From assembly GCA_034189385.1 (NCBI GenBank), contig JAXHVD010000025.1, positions 1-63,100 of the forward strand: DNA of 63,100 nt. Reading direction: 5' to 3'. The notes beneath the pieces are model-generated. The model did not search any database. It saw only the letters and a list, made by a program, of their open reading frames with translations, and had not been told where the DNA came from. The stretch is from Thermodesulfobacteriota bacterium. GTDB lineage: Bacteria; Desulfobacterota; Desulfobacteria; Desulfobacterales; C00003060. The first letter of the stretch is position 1. Every line of letters starts with the position of its first letter. Both the position numbers and the translations under genes were made by a program. Below are positions 1 to 9,436 of the stretch, one piece after another.

Positions 1-120
1 AAGAAAGCCGTTTCGCATTTGCGTATGCTTCAAAAAAAACCAACAAGAGTGAAAAAGTACTTCAAACATCCAACCATAGCCTATGCAGCCTAGCTCGACT
101 ATTTTGTTGCCGGGTTAATA
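1..120 (+). mobile_element. Right end of an IS630-family insertion sequence (3' end of transposase at 1-93 plus terminal sequence ending in TA)
   Basis: Frame +1, 1-93, reads KKAVSHLRMLQKKPTRVKKYFKHPTIAYAA*, a typical IS630 transposase C-terminus. The segment ends ...CGGGTTAATA (IS630 targets TA) and is the exact reverse complement of 62981-63100. Confidence 0.8.
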
Positions 121-219
121 AATAAGCTGGTGAGCTGGTAAGCTGGTAAGCTGTTAAGCTGATAAGCTGATGAGCTGATAAGCTGTTAAGCTGGTAAGCT
201 GTTGAGCTGATAAGCTGAT
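121..219 (+). repeat. Degenerate 8-bp tandem repeat (AGCTGNT[A/G]), about 12 units
   Basis: agctggtg agctggta agctggta agctgtta agctgata agctgatg ... read directly from the sequence. Confidence 0.9.
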
Positions 220-1071
220 TTAGAAGGAATGGAATTTTTGCCGCGCGAAGACCTGGTACTTGAATGAGGCCAAACGTATTAAGTGTTTTAGGTATTTTAT
301 ACGTTCTCCGAAAGTGAGTTTGCTTCGACCTGACTGGCGATCGGCAAAGTGTATTGGGATTTCAACGATCTTTCTCCATTTGCACTTTACCATCAATTCC
401 AGTCCAATCTTGTAACCTACTGGATTAAGAAGGCTGCTGGCCTTTGAGAATACATCTCGCCGAATGGCAAAAAACCCTGACATGGGGTCTTTCACCGGTG
501 TAAAAGGCAGGGCCAACAGCGTTGCTACTTTGCTGTTGAGCCAGCGGAAAAAGCCCCAGTCTTCATCGGTGGTGCTGCCAGAAACGTATCTGCTGCCAAG
601 GGCAAGGTCAACTTCTGGATCTGCAAAGCAGTCCAATAATTGAGAAATGGCCTCTGGTTGGTGGCTTAGATCCCCGTCCATGCAGACCAAGAACTCTCCC
701 CTTGACGCTTCAAAACCACGGATAACAGCAGAACTCAACCCACGCTCATCTATTCTGGTAATGAGTCGGACTGGAGAGTCTAAGCTAACGAGATGATCAA
801 TGACTTCATCTGTTCCGTCCCTACTGTTGTCATCGACAACAATAATTTCGTAGCCGATGCTCCGTGACGACATGGCTTTATTGATTCGGCATATAAGGGG
901 ACCAAGGTTGGACGCCTCTTGATAGGTGGGCACAACCACCGAAATAGAGGCGGGCGGAGGATTCTCACTGCCTATGTTCTGATCTGCATACAAGCGTTCC
1001 GCCACCCTTTCTTGTATAAGTGATATACCAGCAAACCAAGATAAATCAAGCTCGAACAGATGCTTGTCCAT
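220..1071 (-). CDS. Polyprenol-phosphate mannose synthase (GT2, DPM1-like)
   Basis: Motifs SVVVPTYQE, IIVVDDNSRDGT, RGLSSAVIRGF, MDGDLSH, DPMSGFF and EIPIHFADR. Confidence 0.9.
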   Translation of the reverse strand: MDKHLFELDLSWFAGISLIQERVAERLYADQNIGSENPPPASISVVVPTYQEASNLGPLICRINKAMSSRSIGYEIIVVDDNSRDGTDEVIDHLVSLDSPVRLITRIDERGLSSAVIRGFEASRGEFLVCMDGDLSHQPEAISQLLDCFADPEVDLALGSRYVSGSTTDEDWGFFRWLNSKVATLLALPFTPVKDPMSGFFAIRRDVFSKASSLLNPVGYKIGLELMVKCKWRKIVEIPIHFADRQSGRSKLTFGERIKYLKHLIRLASFKYQVFARQKFHSF

Positions 1072-1118
1072 TTTCCGATTTCAAATGCGGAGGGCAAATA
1101 CTCGACACAGATCTGATG

Positions 1119-1448
1119 TTATCCACTGGGGAGTGGAATAGCCCTTGCGAGGGGAAGGACCAAATACAACAAGTTTAAAGGATAGAGCAGTGCGGACTGA
1201 AAGCCGCCTAAAAAAGGGGTTCCTGAAAAAATGTGGGGATTCCAGAGAGCCACATTTGCCTGTCGCATTTGAGAAAAGCCAAAATCCCTCCAAAACACCA
1301 ACTGCATAAAAAGGTCTGTGTGTTGATTTGAGAGCACTGTCTGCTTTGAGGTAAAGAGCACATGGCCAAAGAGAGCTACGGGTAATAGCAATAGGCCGCC
1401 CATAGAAATAAAGGTTCTTCTCCAATTTAGTTGGAGAAGAGGGTCCAA
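1119..1448 (-). pseudogene. Truncated N-terminal fragment of a YfhO-like (GT-C) membrane protein
   Basis: TM segment followed by DLFMQLVFWRDF...LWNPHIFSGTPFLGGFQSALLYPLNLLY, the N-terminal signature of YfhO-like proteins. It stops after about 100 aa, whereas family members are several hundred aa. Confidence 0.6.
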
Positions 1449-1623
1449 GGGGTCCAGGGGCCGAGGGTGTGTATAAGTCGAACAGGATCGGTATAATCTT
1501 CACGCCAATGTCCTTCCGCGTTCACCGATTCTCCGGATCGTTTTGCCAAATCAAAAGATCTCTAAACACAGGGCAAAGAGCGTGGGTTCAATCTTAAAGC
1601 AGATGAAAATATTCAGCATTTCA

Positions 1624-1660
1624 CTTGACCCCTCGAACCCTTGACCCCTTGAACCCTCTG
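1624..1660. repeat. Short degenerate 8-bp tandem repeat (TTGACCCC/TCGAACCC type)
   Basis: cttgacccctcgaacccttgaccccttgaaccct; related runs occur near 1440-1470 and 5645-5705. Confidence 0.6.
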
Positions 1661-1846
1661 GGACCACACCTATTTACCTGAAGATTATTCATTTGACTTG
1701 CCTTCATTAGCTACAACTAAATCGGAGAAGAGCCGAAATAAAAAACGAGGCTCTGGGGGTGATGTGAGCTTTCATTTGGCTACATTGAAGGTTTGCAGAT
1801 AGTCTCGTCTTTTTGTTAGGGGTTGCTGCCAGGTTTAGTGCTTCCT

Positions 1847-3925
1847 TCAGTTTGTTTTCTGGCCCTCTTTTCTATTGATCTCCTCCAAAAGCTGTGCGGC
1901 TAATCCCGGATTGATGACTGCCAGTGATTGATACTGCTTCAAGGCCAAGTCTTGCCTGGCAATTCTTGAATAGGCCAAAGCGAGAAAATAATGAGCCTGG
2001 CCAAAACCGGGATGAAGACGGAGGGCCTCATGATAATGGGAGATGGCCTCGTCGATCCTGTGCTGACGTACCAGCGCAATGCCCAGGTTGACGTGTGCTT
2101 TTGCATAATCGGGCTTGAGCCGAAGGGCTTCTCTATATTGAGAAATAGCCTCATCGATTTTGCCTTGACGCACCAATGCCAGGCCCAAGTTGTTTCTTGC
2201 TTCCACATAGGCAGGATCCGTTCTGAGAGCTTCTGTGTAATGGGAAACAGCCTCATCGACCTTGCCCTGCCCGCATAGAGCAAGTCCCAGCGCCACGCGA
2301 GCGTTTACGAAGTCCGGCTTAATGCGGATTGCCTCGCGATAATGGGATATGGCGCTGTCGATTCTCTGTTGCATGTATAGGGCGAGTCCCAGGTTGTAAT
2401 GGGCCCTAACGTAGTCAGACTTGATCTCAAGGGCTTTTCCATAGTGAGTAATAGCCTCATCTATTCTGCCCTGAGAAAAAAGTGTATTGCCCAGATTGTA
2501 GTTGGCCTCTACGTAATCGGGCTTGATTCCAATAGCTTGCCTATATTGTAAAATGGCCTCTTCCACCCTGCCCTGCCTGACTAGGGTGTCTGCCATACTC
2601 TTTCGGGCCAACCAGTTGTCCTCCGTTACTGCCAGGGCATGTCCAAAAAGAGAAGCAGTGCTCCGCCAGGTCTTCACCTGGAACCATGAACACACCATAA
2701 GGATGGGGATCACAACTCCGGCCAATCCGGTCAAGATGACTCTTTGGAATCGCCAGCAAGCCGACACATCAGCAACACCCCAGGCAATCATGATAAACAG
2801 GCCGATCAACGACACGTAACTGTAGCGATCTGCGGCAAGCCATGGCAAGCCAAACCCTACCAAACCAGAGACAGGAACGAGGGTTACGAGAAACCATAGC
2901 CAACCTACGAGGAGATATGAACGTGTTCGCATGTTGACAACGGCCCAAACCGATATCCCTGTTAACAAGACTGCGGCCCCGGCGATTTGCCAAACTGGGA
3001 AGACGCCTGGACTTGGATAGAAAGCAGCCAGATTGTGGGGCCAAAGCATCTTTCCGATATAGAAGGGGTAGGCCACGAGAGCTTTAGCGACCCGGTCTGT
3101 CAGGGATAACGATGTTGGGAAAACCTCAGATCCTATTAACTGTCCCATGGCAAGGGAAGTCACGATTGAAACAGCTGCGCTAAGGACAAAAAGAGGCGTT
3201 TTTTCCAAAATCAAAGCAAAAAGCCGGGTGCTTTGGCCCCCGAGCCTTTGTGGGTGAACCGTATTGATCGTCCGCTCTGTTTGTAACCGACCAAGGGGCC
3301 AGTAATCAAGCAAGATGAGTACAAATGGCAGGGTTACGATCATTGGCTTGGCCATAAGGCCCAAGCAAAAACATAGGACAACCGCCGTATATCGCTTGAC
3401 CCCGGGCCGGTCCACGTAATGGGCGTAGGACCACGTCGTCAACATCCAGAAGAATGTGGCCAGGACATCTTTACGCTGCGCTACCCAGGCAACTGACTCC
3501 ACGTGGAGGGGGTGCAAGGCGAACATGGCTGCAACAAACCCACTTTTCCATTTTTCTCCTGTGATCTTATTGAAAAGCAAAAAGAGTAAGACCGTGCTTG
3601 CTATATGCAAAAGCAAGTTGTTGAAATGATATCCCCAGGCATCTAACTCATACAATGAGTAATCCAGCATCAGGGAAAGCCAGGTTATGGGATGCCAAAG
3701 GCCTCCGTGCGTGGTCGTAAAAGCCCAGGCAAGGCTCTTTGGATTCAGGCCAGCCTTAAGGTGAGCATTTTGTGTGACGTAGATATTATCATCGAAGTGC
3801 AAAAAATCGTGGCTTGTCACTTGGCAAAAGACAGCCAGGATGGCAACCATCAATAATATGCTGAGCAACAAGGGTGTGAAGGAAAAATGCGGTCCATGGC
3901 GCTGCATAGCACGTCGCCCCTCCAA
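1847..3925 (-). CDS. TMTC-like GT-C membrane glycosyltransferase with C-terminal TPR repeats (putative protein O-mannosyltransferase)
   Basis: FDDNIYV, WHPITWLS, FALHPLHVESVAWVAQRKDVL, LMAKP and ADRYSY motifs, followed by multiple TPR repeats. Confidence 0.85.
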   Translation of the reverse strand: MEGRRAMQRHGPHFSFTPLLLSILLMVAILAVFCQVTSHDFLHFDDNIYVTQNAHLKAGLNPKSLAWAFTTTHGGLWHPITWLSLMLDYSLYELDAWGYHFNNLLLHIASTVLLFLLFNKITGEKWKSGFVAAMFALHPLHVESVAWVAQRKDVLATFFWMLTTWSYAHYVDRPGVKRYTAVVLCFCLGLMAKPMIVTLPFVLILLDYWPLGRLQTERTINTVHPQRLGGQSTRLFALILEKTPLFVLSAAVSIVTSLAMGQLIGSEVFPTSLSLTDRVAKALVAYPFYIGKMLWPHNLAAFYPSPGVFPVWQIAGAAVLLTGISVWAVVNMRTRSYLLVGWLWFLVTLVPVSGLVGFGLPWLAADRYSYVSLIGLFIMIAWGVADVSACWRFQRVILTGLAGVVIPILMVCSWFQVKTWRSTASLFGHALAVTEDNWLARKSMADTLVRQGRVEEAILQYRQAIGIKPDYVEANYNLGNTLFSQGRIDEAITHYGKALEIKSDYVRAHYNLGLALYMQQRIDSAISHYREAIRIKPDFVNARVALGLALCGQGKVDEAVSHYTEALRTDPAYVEARNNLGLALVRQGKIDEAISQYREALRLKPDYAKAHVNLGIALVRQHRIDEAISHYHEALRLHPGFGQAHYFLALAYSRIARQDLALKQYQSLAVINPGLAAQLLEEINRKEGQKTN

Positions 3926-4088
3926 GGCGCTTGATCTGAAAACTGTATGACTTCTTTTCTATAAGGCTTTTGAAAATGTTGCTGACGTCCTCACTGTGTT
4001 ACTGGCTCTTAAAGAGCCCAAAGATCCGCCAGCCGGCAGACCAAAACGGCCCTGGCTTCGCCCCAAGGCATGGGACAGGTGTGAGAGC

Positions 4089-5150
4089 TTACGTATAAAT
4101 GATGCTGTAAGGCAATGGGGGCTTGTTCCACACACCGGCCTTGGGGACAATGCTTTGATCGGCCACGGTCAGCCAGGAATACTCGGTGTTGAGTTTTCTC
4201 AACTTGCCGTCTTCGGGGGGCCTGGCGTGGCTGGTGCGTTCGTAGGTGGTTTGAAAGACCACAATCCCGCCGCCGCCTTGTTTTGCAATGAAGTAGTTCT
4301 TTTCAAAGGAGCCAGCCTCCAGGTTGTGTCTCTCCGCAATTTGTTGTACGTCCCTATCTGTGAGCTCCAGCAATATGTATTTTGAGACGCCCCTTTCCGA
4401 AATAGTATAAAGCCCTCTCGATTCACAACTCGCCACATAGACCGTAGATATACACGGCACCCGCCTTAAGAACTGCGCAGCCAGAACAGCTGCTGTGCGG
4501 CGCCCACCTGGAGCAGAAGGCAATCCATAGTATTCAAAAAATTTCTTCTGGAATTCTTCGGCGTAATTTTCCCCATTTTCATAGAGACTTTTTGACACAT
4601 ACCGAAGCTCACGAGCCAGGTCTTCTGCCGCCTCTGCAATGGACCAATCAATGCGGACCCGGAAGTGAGACAACCCGTATCTGGTCCTGGTCTTGACACT
4701 ATGATCCCGTTGAATGAGGAGAGCATAGTCAGCAGGGAGCAACCCTTTTAGAAAGTCAGGGAAATGGACCGACTCGAAGAGCTTTATGTTCGTGAAGTAT
4801 TTCTTTGACAGGCGTACAACCTTGGAGCGCAGTAGGTTCTCTTTGGTTACTTTGTTGTCATCAAAAAAACGTATGTATTTCTTATAGGCATTGGGGATAA
4901 ATTCCTCCACAAAGATGACAAGGAACCCACTGTGACACTCATATTCAACGTCAGGGATGCGAGCCCTTGGTTTGAGTTCCCTTTTTTCCACAAAGGGGTA
5001 TGGAATGCCATGTCGCAGAAATCGAGAATACGAATCCACCAGGCCGTACTCAATGAGATACTGGTTCAGTTCGTCTCGTAGGATTTCATAAATGGACCGC
5101 CGAAGTTTGTCTTGGCGGCTCAACTGCTCGCGGAAATGCCAGTAAGTCAC
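4089..5150 (-). CDS. Hypothetical protein (353 aa), no family recognised
   Basis: Long ORF with an AAGGA RBS, protein-like composition, same strand as its neighbours. Confidence 0.7.
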   Translation of the reverse strand: MTYWHFREQLSRQDKLRRSIYEILRDELNQYLIEYGLVDSYSRFLRHGIPYPFVEKRELKPRARIPDVEYECHSGFLVIFVEEFIPNAYKKYIRFFDDNKVTKENLLRSKVVRLSKKYFTNIKLFESVHFPDFLKGLLPADYALLIQRDHSVKTRTRYGLSHFRVRIDWSIAEAAEDLARELRYVSKSLYENGENYAEEFQKKFFEYYGLPSAPGGRRTAAVLAAQFLRRVPCISTVYVASCESRGLYTISERGVSKYILLELTDRDVQQIAERHNLEAGSFEKNYFIAKQGGGGIVVFQTTYERTSHARPPEDGKLRKLNTEYSWLTVADQSIVPKAGVWNKPPLPYSIIYT

Positions 5151-5188
5151 GGGGGATTCCTTTGGCAGTCAGTCGGCTATACCTCAAG

Positions 5189-5596
5189 TACTAATGCGGC
5201 AAAAAGTAGACATAGTCTCTTGGTTGTAGAAACAAATATTCACCGCAAAGGCGCCAAGAGCGCAGAGTCTATTTTACTTTATGTTTTCCGCTGAGACGCC
5301 GGAAAACATAAAAAAGCTATCGCCTATGGCGAAGAGAAACGGATCCAGAGTAGGGCTTTTAGCTGTATTTGCATATGGTTAGATTGAAAGATCGCTGACG
5401 TTCATTTTCTCCTTGTTGTGAAGATAAATATTCACCGCAAAGGCGCGAAGAGCGCAGAGTCTGTTTTACTTTATGTTTTCCACCGGTAACAGGCTATTAA
5501 GCTAGTGAGCTAATGAGCTAATCAGCTTTGCGCCCTCTGCGTCTCTAGCGCAGCGGGCGGTGACCTTATATCTAAATCTCAATGATTTCATTAGTA
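5189..5596 (+). mobile_element. TA-flanked MITE-like repeat family A, long copy with internal duplication
   Basis: Ends TACTAATG...CATTAGTA. The CACCGCAAAGGCGC.AAGAGCGCAGAG block occurs twice. Homologous in reverse orientation to 11382-11599 and 37491-37710. Confidence 0.75.
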
Positions 5597-5851
5597 AGCG
5601 TAAAAAACAAAAGAGCCGGGGTTCTTCTCCAACCCAGTTGAAGAAAAGGGTTCAAGGATTGCGGCTTTCGCCTTAAAAAGATGCGAGGAGTCCAGGGGTC
5701 CAGGCTTGTCTGCCTCAGGCATGGTGTAGAGCGCCTTCTTCCCAGCGACTGCATGAGCCCCTGTAGCATCCAGTATCCAGTCATCCCTCAGTTCTTCAGC
5801 ACTTCAGTCGACCCCTCGGATTCTTTATTCTAGGCTATTTCAAGGGAATAG

Positions 5852-6580
5852 TCAACAGTGCCCGCTACCCTTGCCATTGGTGGCATCGTTTGAGCGATCG
5901 AGCCAGTCATAGATTCTCTCTTTGAAGCAATAGGCTGGGATGACAAAGGCAAGGGAGAGGACGATGAGAAATATCAGTGTGGTGTAGTCTTTCTGAAACA
6001 CTTGGGCACCTTGAAGGCTGAGCATGAGGGTGCCGGGCATGCGGCCGATGGCAGCCATGAGCACAAAGGCCTTAAAAGACAGATTCGTTAACCCAATAAA
6101 GAGGCAAAGGTAGTCTTTGGGAAATCCTGGTATGACAAAGAACAAAAAGAATACGAGTAGTCCCTGACGCTTTGCCACGGCGTCAAACCGTTCCAAATAG
6201 GACGACCGTATCCATTTCCTCACATATCGCCTTCCGAAAACTCGGGCCAGAGAGAAGTTGATCAGAGATCCTGCAGTGAGTCCAATGGACGAGTAAAGAA
6301 ACCCCGGCAGGGTGCCGAAGAGATACCCTCCCACAAATCCGCTTACCTCTCCTGGTATGGGCGCAAGGACTACTTGCAGGACTTGCAGTCCCATAAAGGC
6401 CACGGGCCCCCACAGAGGACCCCAACGGCGGAGAAAGGCCGTTGCCCTTTCAGGGTCTTCGGCCAGGGTCCACCACCAGGTGGTCGTCTTTGCAGCCAAC
6501 GATGTCCAGTCAAACCACACGAGGACAAAAAGCAGGCACATGCCGCCAAGGAGTATGACGATCTTAGTGGGGCGGGTCAT
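5852..6580 (-). CDS. TVP38/TMEM64 (VTT/DedA superfamily) membrane protein
   Basis: LQVVLAPIPGEV, GGYLFG, IPGFPKDYLC and IGRMPG motifs; hydrophobic profile. Confidence 0.9.
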   Translation of the reverse strand: MTRPTKIVILLGGMCLLFVLVWFDWTSLAAKTTTWWWTLAEDPERATAFLRRWGPLWGPVAFMGLQVLQVVLAPIPGEVSGFVGGYLFGTLPGFLYSSIGLTAGSLINFSLARVFGRRYVRKWIRSSYLERFDAVAKRQGLLVFFLFFVIPGFPKDYLCLFIGLTNLSFKAFVLMAAIGRMPGTLMLSLQGAQVFQKDYTTLIFLIVLSLAFVIPAYCFKERIYDWLDRSNDATNGKGSGHC

Positions 6581-8177
6581 AACGCAAGGCTTCAGGGAGA
6601 TCTTTCTGGGGGACGGTCAATGCCAGCCGATAACGGGATTTGAGACTGTATTTAGCGGGCAGTCCTGACCTGAGGGGCCTTTCGTAGAAAAAATTCCAGT
6701 GGGTGTTGAGTTGAAGCATGGGCCAGGCGATGCGGTTTCCTTCCAAGACATGGACAAAGGCCCCCCCTGCATCGCTTAGGCGAGAAAACAATGCCTCTTC
6801 ATAAAACCCCAGCTTTTTCGCAATCTCCGTGCTGTCTCCTCCAGAAGAAATGGTGTAGGCCCCCTGCTTTTTGGCTTTCATGATGGCCTCAAGGGTCCTC
6901 CGCTCCGGTCCCTCAAAGCCGGGCTCTTCAGACTTGCCCACGGGGCCTTTCTTGTAGATGGTCTTTGCTTTCAGGATGCGGGTGACGAAGTTCTTGGTCG
7001 TCTTTTCCCCGATACTCCAAAGCTGGAATCCATCCTTTTTCGGATGGTGGTGTATCTCGTCAGGGGTCAAGTTGAGGATACGGGAATCATCCTTTACCAG
7101 GAAGTCTACGGGCAAAACGAGTTTCTTTCGTCCCTCGGGCAACGCAAACATCTCTCGGAAGAACCTGTCAAGGGCCTTGCTCACGTTTTTTTCCAAGTAC
7201 CTTTCCGTGGCCTTGCCAAAATGGTAGCGGCCGCCTGCCTTGATCTCCTTGTTCAAGCGGGCGATAATGCCTGGGATACCTCCAAGCAACACATAGGGGA
7301 CCTTTTCTGAAAGGGCTGAGTTTCTGATCAGGCCGATGTAATCACCCACTTTCACGCCACCAAAGATCGGTACGAAAGGGTATTCGATAGTATGAAGGAC
7401 CTGCTTGTTTTCCACCATTTCTTTTTCGGTATGTCGGCCTACCAAGTTCAATACGTTGGTGAACCCGATCATGGAGGCATGCTTTCGGTGCGAGGTGTTA
7501 AAGGCGTCGTTGATGTAGAAGTCAACCAGAGGCTCCAGGATAGAGACAAAACGGGACCCCTGGTTCAGCTCGTGGGGTCTGAGACCGGGCTTGTCTCGGA
7601 CAAAGACCTCGTCTACCAAGAAACGGATATTGTTCAAGACCAGGATCTCCCCGTCCTTCAGAGAACGGATCTTGTTAGAGACGACCTTGCCTTGCGACAG
7701 GTTCCCTAGGTATTTTACGGTTTTCTTCGGTTTGGAAGATTGGTTGATGAGTCTTCTGAGGGCACGGGTATGCTGCTCAAGCTCGATAAAACTGTGTTTT
7801 CCTGCACGTCCCTGATGTCCCAGCACCACCACCCGTGCGCCGTATTCAGAGAGCTCTTCCAGGGTGGGAATGGCCCGGCGAATCCTCTCAGTGCCGGCGA
7901 GGCGCCCCCTACTGTCAACGGGGGAGTCTATGCCGGCGCGCACCAGTACTGTCTTGCCACCAAAGGCCTTTTTGCCGTAGACCCCCTTGTAGCGGCTATG
8001 ATACTCCTGGGCCGTGGTGTCCCTTAGCCCGTCATTCCACATGACGCGGTAGATCACATCGTCGATGGTCAAGAAGTTGAGTTCGGCATTGACATTGTCT
8101 GAGGGAGGGAGGCCTTTTTCTGCCTTCAGATTCTTCGTGGAATTGAAATGATGGAGTATGATCTCTTCAATAACCAT
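6564..8177 (-). CDS. pgk: Phosphoglycerate kinase family protein, divergent, with N- and C-terminal extensions
   Basis: GKTVLVR, GHQGR, LNNIRF, INDAFNTSHRKHASM, GGVKV, GPVG and GGDS motifs in PGK order. Confidence 0.75.
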   Translation of the reverse strand: MVIEEIILHHFNSTKNLKAEKGLPPSDNVNAELNFLTIDDVIYRVMWNDGLRDTTAQEYHSRYKGVYGKKAFGGKTVLVRAGIDSPVDSRGRLAGTERIRRAIPTLEELSEYGARVVVLGHQGRAGKHSFIELEQHTRALRRLINQSSKPKKTVKYLGNLSQGKVVSNKIRSLKDGEILVLNNIRFLVDEVFVRDKPGLRPHELNQGSRFVSILEPLVDFYINDAFNTSHRKHASMIGFTNVLNLVGRHTEKEMVENKQVLHTIEYPFVPIFGGVKVGDYIGLIRNSALSEKVPYVLLGGIPGIIARLNKEIKAGGRYHFGKATERYLEKNVSKALDRFFREMFALPEGRKKLVLPVDFLVKDDSRILNLTPDEIHHHPKKDGFQLWSIGEKTTKNFVTRILKAKTIYKKGPVGKSEEPGFEGPERRTLEAIMKAKKQGAYTISSGGDSTEIAKKLGFYEEALFSRLSDAGGAFVHVLEGNRIAWPMLQLNTHWNFFYERPLRSGLPAKYSLKSRYRLALTVPQKDLPEALRYDPPH

Positions 8178-8364
8178 AAAAGTGTCCTTTCAAAGCTCTT
8201 CCAGCATTGCACAGACTCCGAAGCCAGGTACTTTCCAACCAAGGACCGCGCCTACTCCTAGTACACTTGCGAGGGAAAATCAACCTTGAAGTCCTAAGGG
8301 AGAATGAGGAATTGAGAATGGAGAAGGGGAGAACTGCATGCTGACCAGACTCCCGGGACGGACA

Positions 8365-8799
8365 CTAGGTAGTGTCTTTGGAAGAATCGACAGTGTCTTC
8401 GCAAGAGATGCGTATACTGTCTAAAATACCATTGATAAAGGCAGAGGAGTGCTCCGTGCCAAACTTTTTTCCTATATCTATGGCTTCGTTGATGGATACT
8501 CTCGGGGGGATATCTTCGCAGTAAAGCAATTCGTAGACAGCCAACCTCAACAGGTTGCGGTCCACGCCAGACATGCGGGTGATCTTCCAATTGTCTGAAT
8601 AACGTTCGATAAGACGATCGATCTCGTCTTGGCGGACCTTGACACCCTCTACCAGTCGCAAAAAGAAGGGCTTTGCCTTCTTGGAGACTTGGAAATGATC
8701 GCAGAACGACTCAATGGTTTCCCTTGAGTCGTCACCGCTTGCTTCCATCTGAAAAAGAACCTGCATGGCAAGCTCTCGCGAGCGCCGCCGATTGCCCAT
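8365..8799 (-). CDS. nusB: Transcription antitermination factor NusB
   Basis: RRRSRELAMQVLFQ, VDRNLLRLAVYEL, SINEAIDIGKKF and FINGILD motifs; follows ribH. Confidence 0.97.
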   Translation of the reverse strand: MGNRRRSRELAMQVLFQMEASGDDSRETIESFCDHFQVSKKAKPFFLRLVEGVKVRQDEIDRLIERYSDNWKITRMSGVDRNLLRLAVYELLYCEDIPPRVSINEAIDIGKKFGTEHSSAFINGILDSIRISCEDTVDSSKDTT

Positions 8800-8812
8800 C
8801 TCTAATTACCAT

Positions 8813-9286
8813 CTACGCCTTGTCCACGGAATCCATGAGATCGGCCATCTCCAGGGCCGCTACAGCGGCAGACCATCCCTTATTGCCGGATTTTGAGCCT
8901 GCCCGCTCAATGGCCTGTTCCAGGGTGTCTGTCGTGACGACGCCAAAGATCACCGGAATTCCGGACTCCAAGGAGACCAAGGCGATCCCTTTTGAAACCT
9001 CGGCACTGACATACTCAAAATGAGGGGTAGAACCCCGGATCACTGCACCGAGACATATGAGGGCGTCATATTTTCCCTTGCCGGCCATCTTCTTGGCTGC
9101 CAGAGGGATCTCAAAGGAACCGGGCACCTTCACGATGTCGATGTCTTTGTCTGCCGTGCCATGACGAGCCAAGGCGTCCAAGGCCCCGCTCAGGAGTCGG
9201 TCGCTGATGAAATCATTAAAGCGCGCGACGATGACACCGAACTTTTTCCCCTTGCCAGATATCTTCCCTTCGTACACAGTTGCCAT
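8813..9286 (-). CDS. ribH: 6,7-dimethyl-8-ribityllumazine synthase
   Basis: [29 protein letters not shown] and [14 protein letters not shown] motifs. Confidence 0.97.
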   Translation of the reverse strand: MATVYEGKISGKGKKFGVIVARFNDFISDRLLSGALDALARHGTADKDIDIVKVPGSFEIPLAAKKMAGKGKYDALICLGAVIRGSTPHFEYVSAEVSKGIALVSLESGIPVIFGVVTTDTLEQAIERAGSKSGNKGWSAAVAALEMADLMDSVDKA

Positions 9287-9303
9287 GCTGGTTCCTCCTC
9301 AAC

Positions 9304-9436
9304 GAGACCCCTTTAGAACTCCCTCTCACTTGATTCTGTGGGCTTTTTGATTCGCCAGGGCGAACCGCTCACTGCAGCCGGAGGGGTACCCCAAAAAGCC
9401 CACAATGAACGTTCGAGGAAGTTCTGCAAAGCCCTT
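9304..9436 (+). repeat. Palindromic intergenic repeat family B (GAGACC...TGCAAAG), short copy
   Basis: Shares CTCTCACTTGATTCTGTG...CCCCAAAAAGC.CACAATGA..GTTCGA with copies at 16863, 19365 and 34563. Confidence 0.7.

Noticed and set aside
121..219. CRISPR array
   Set aside because: 8-bp tandem units with no unique spacers, and no cas genes in the window.
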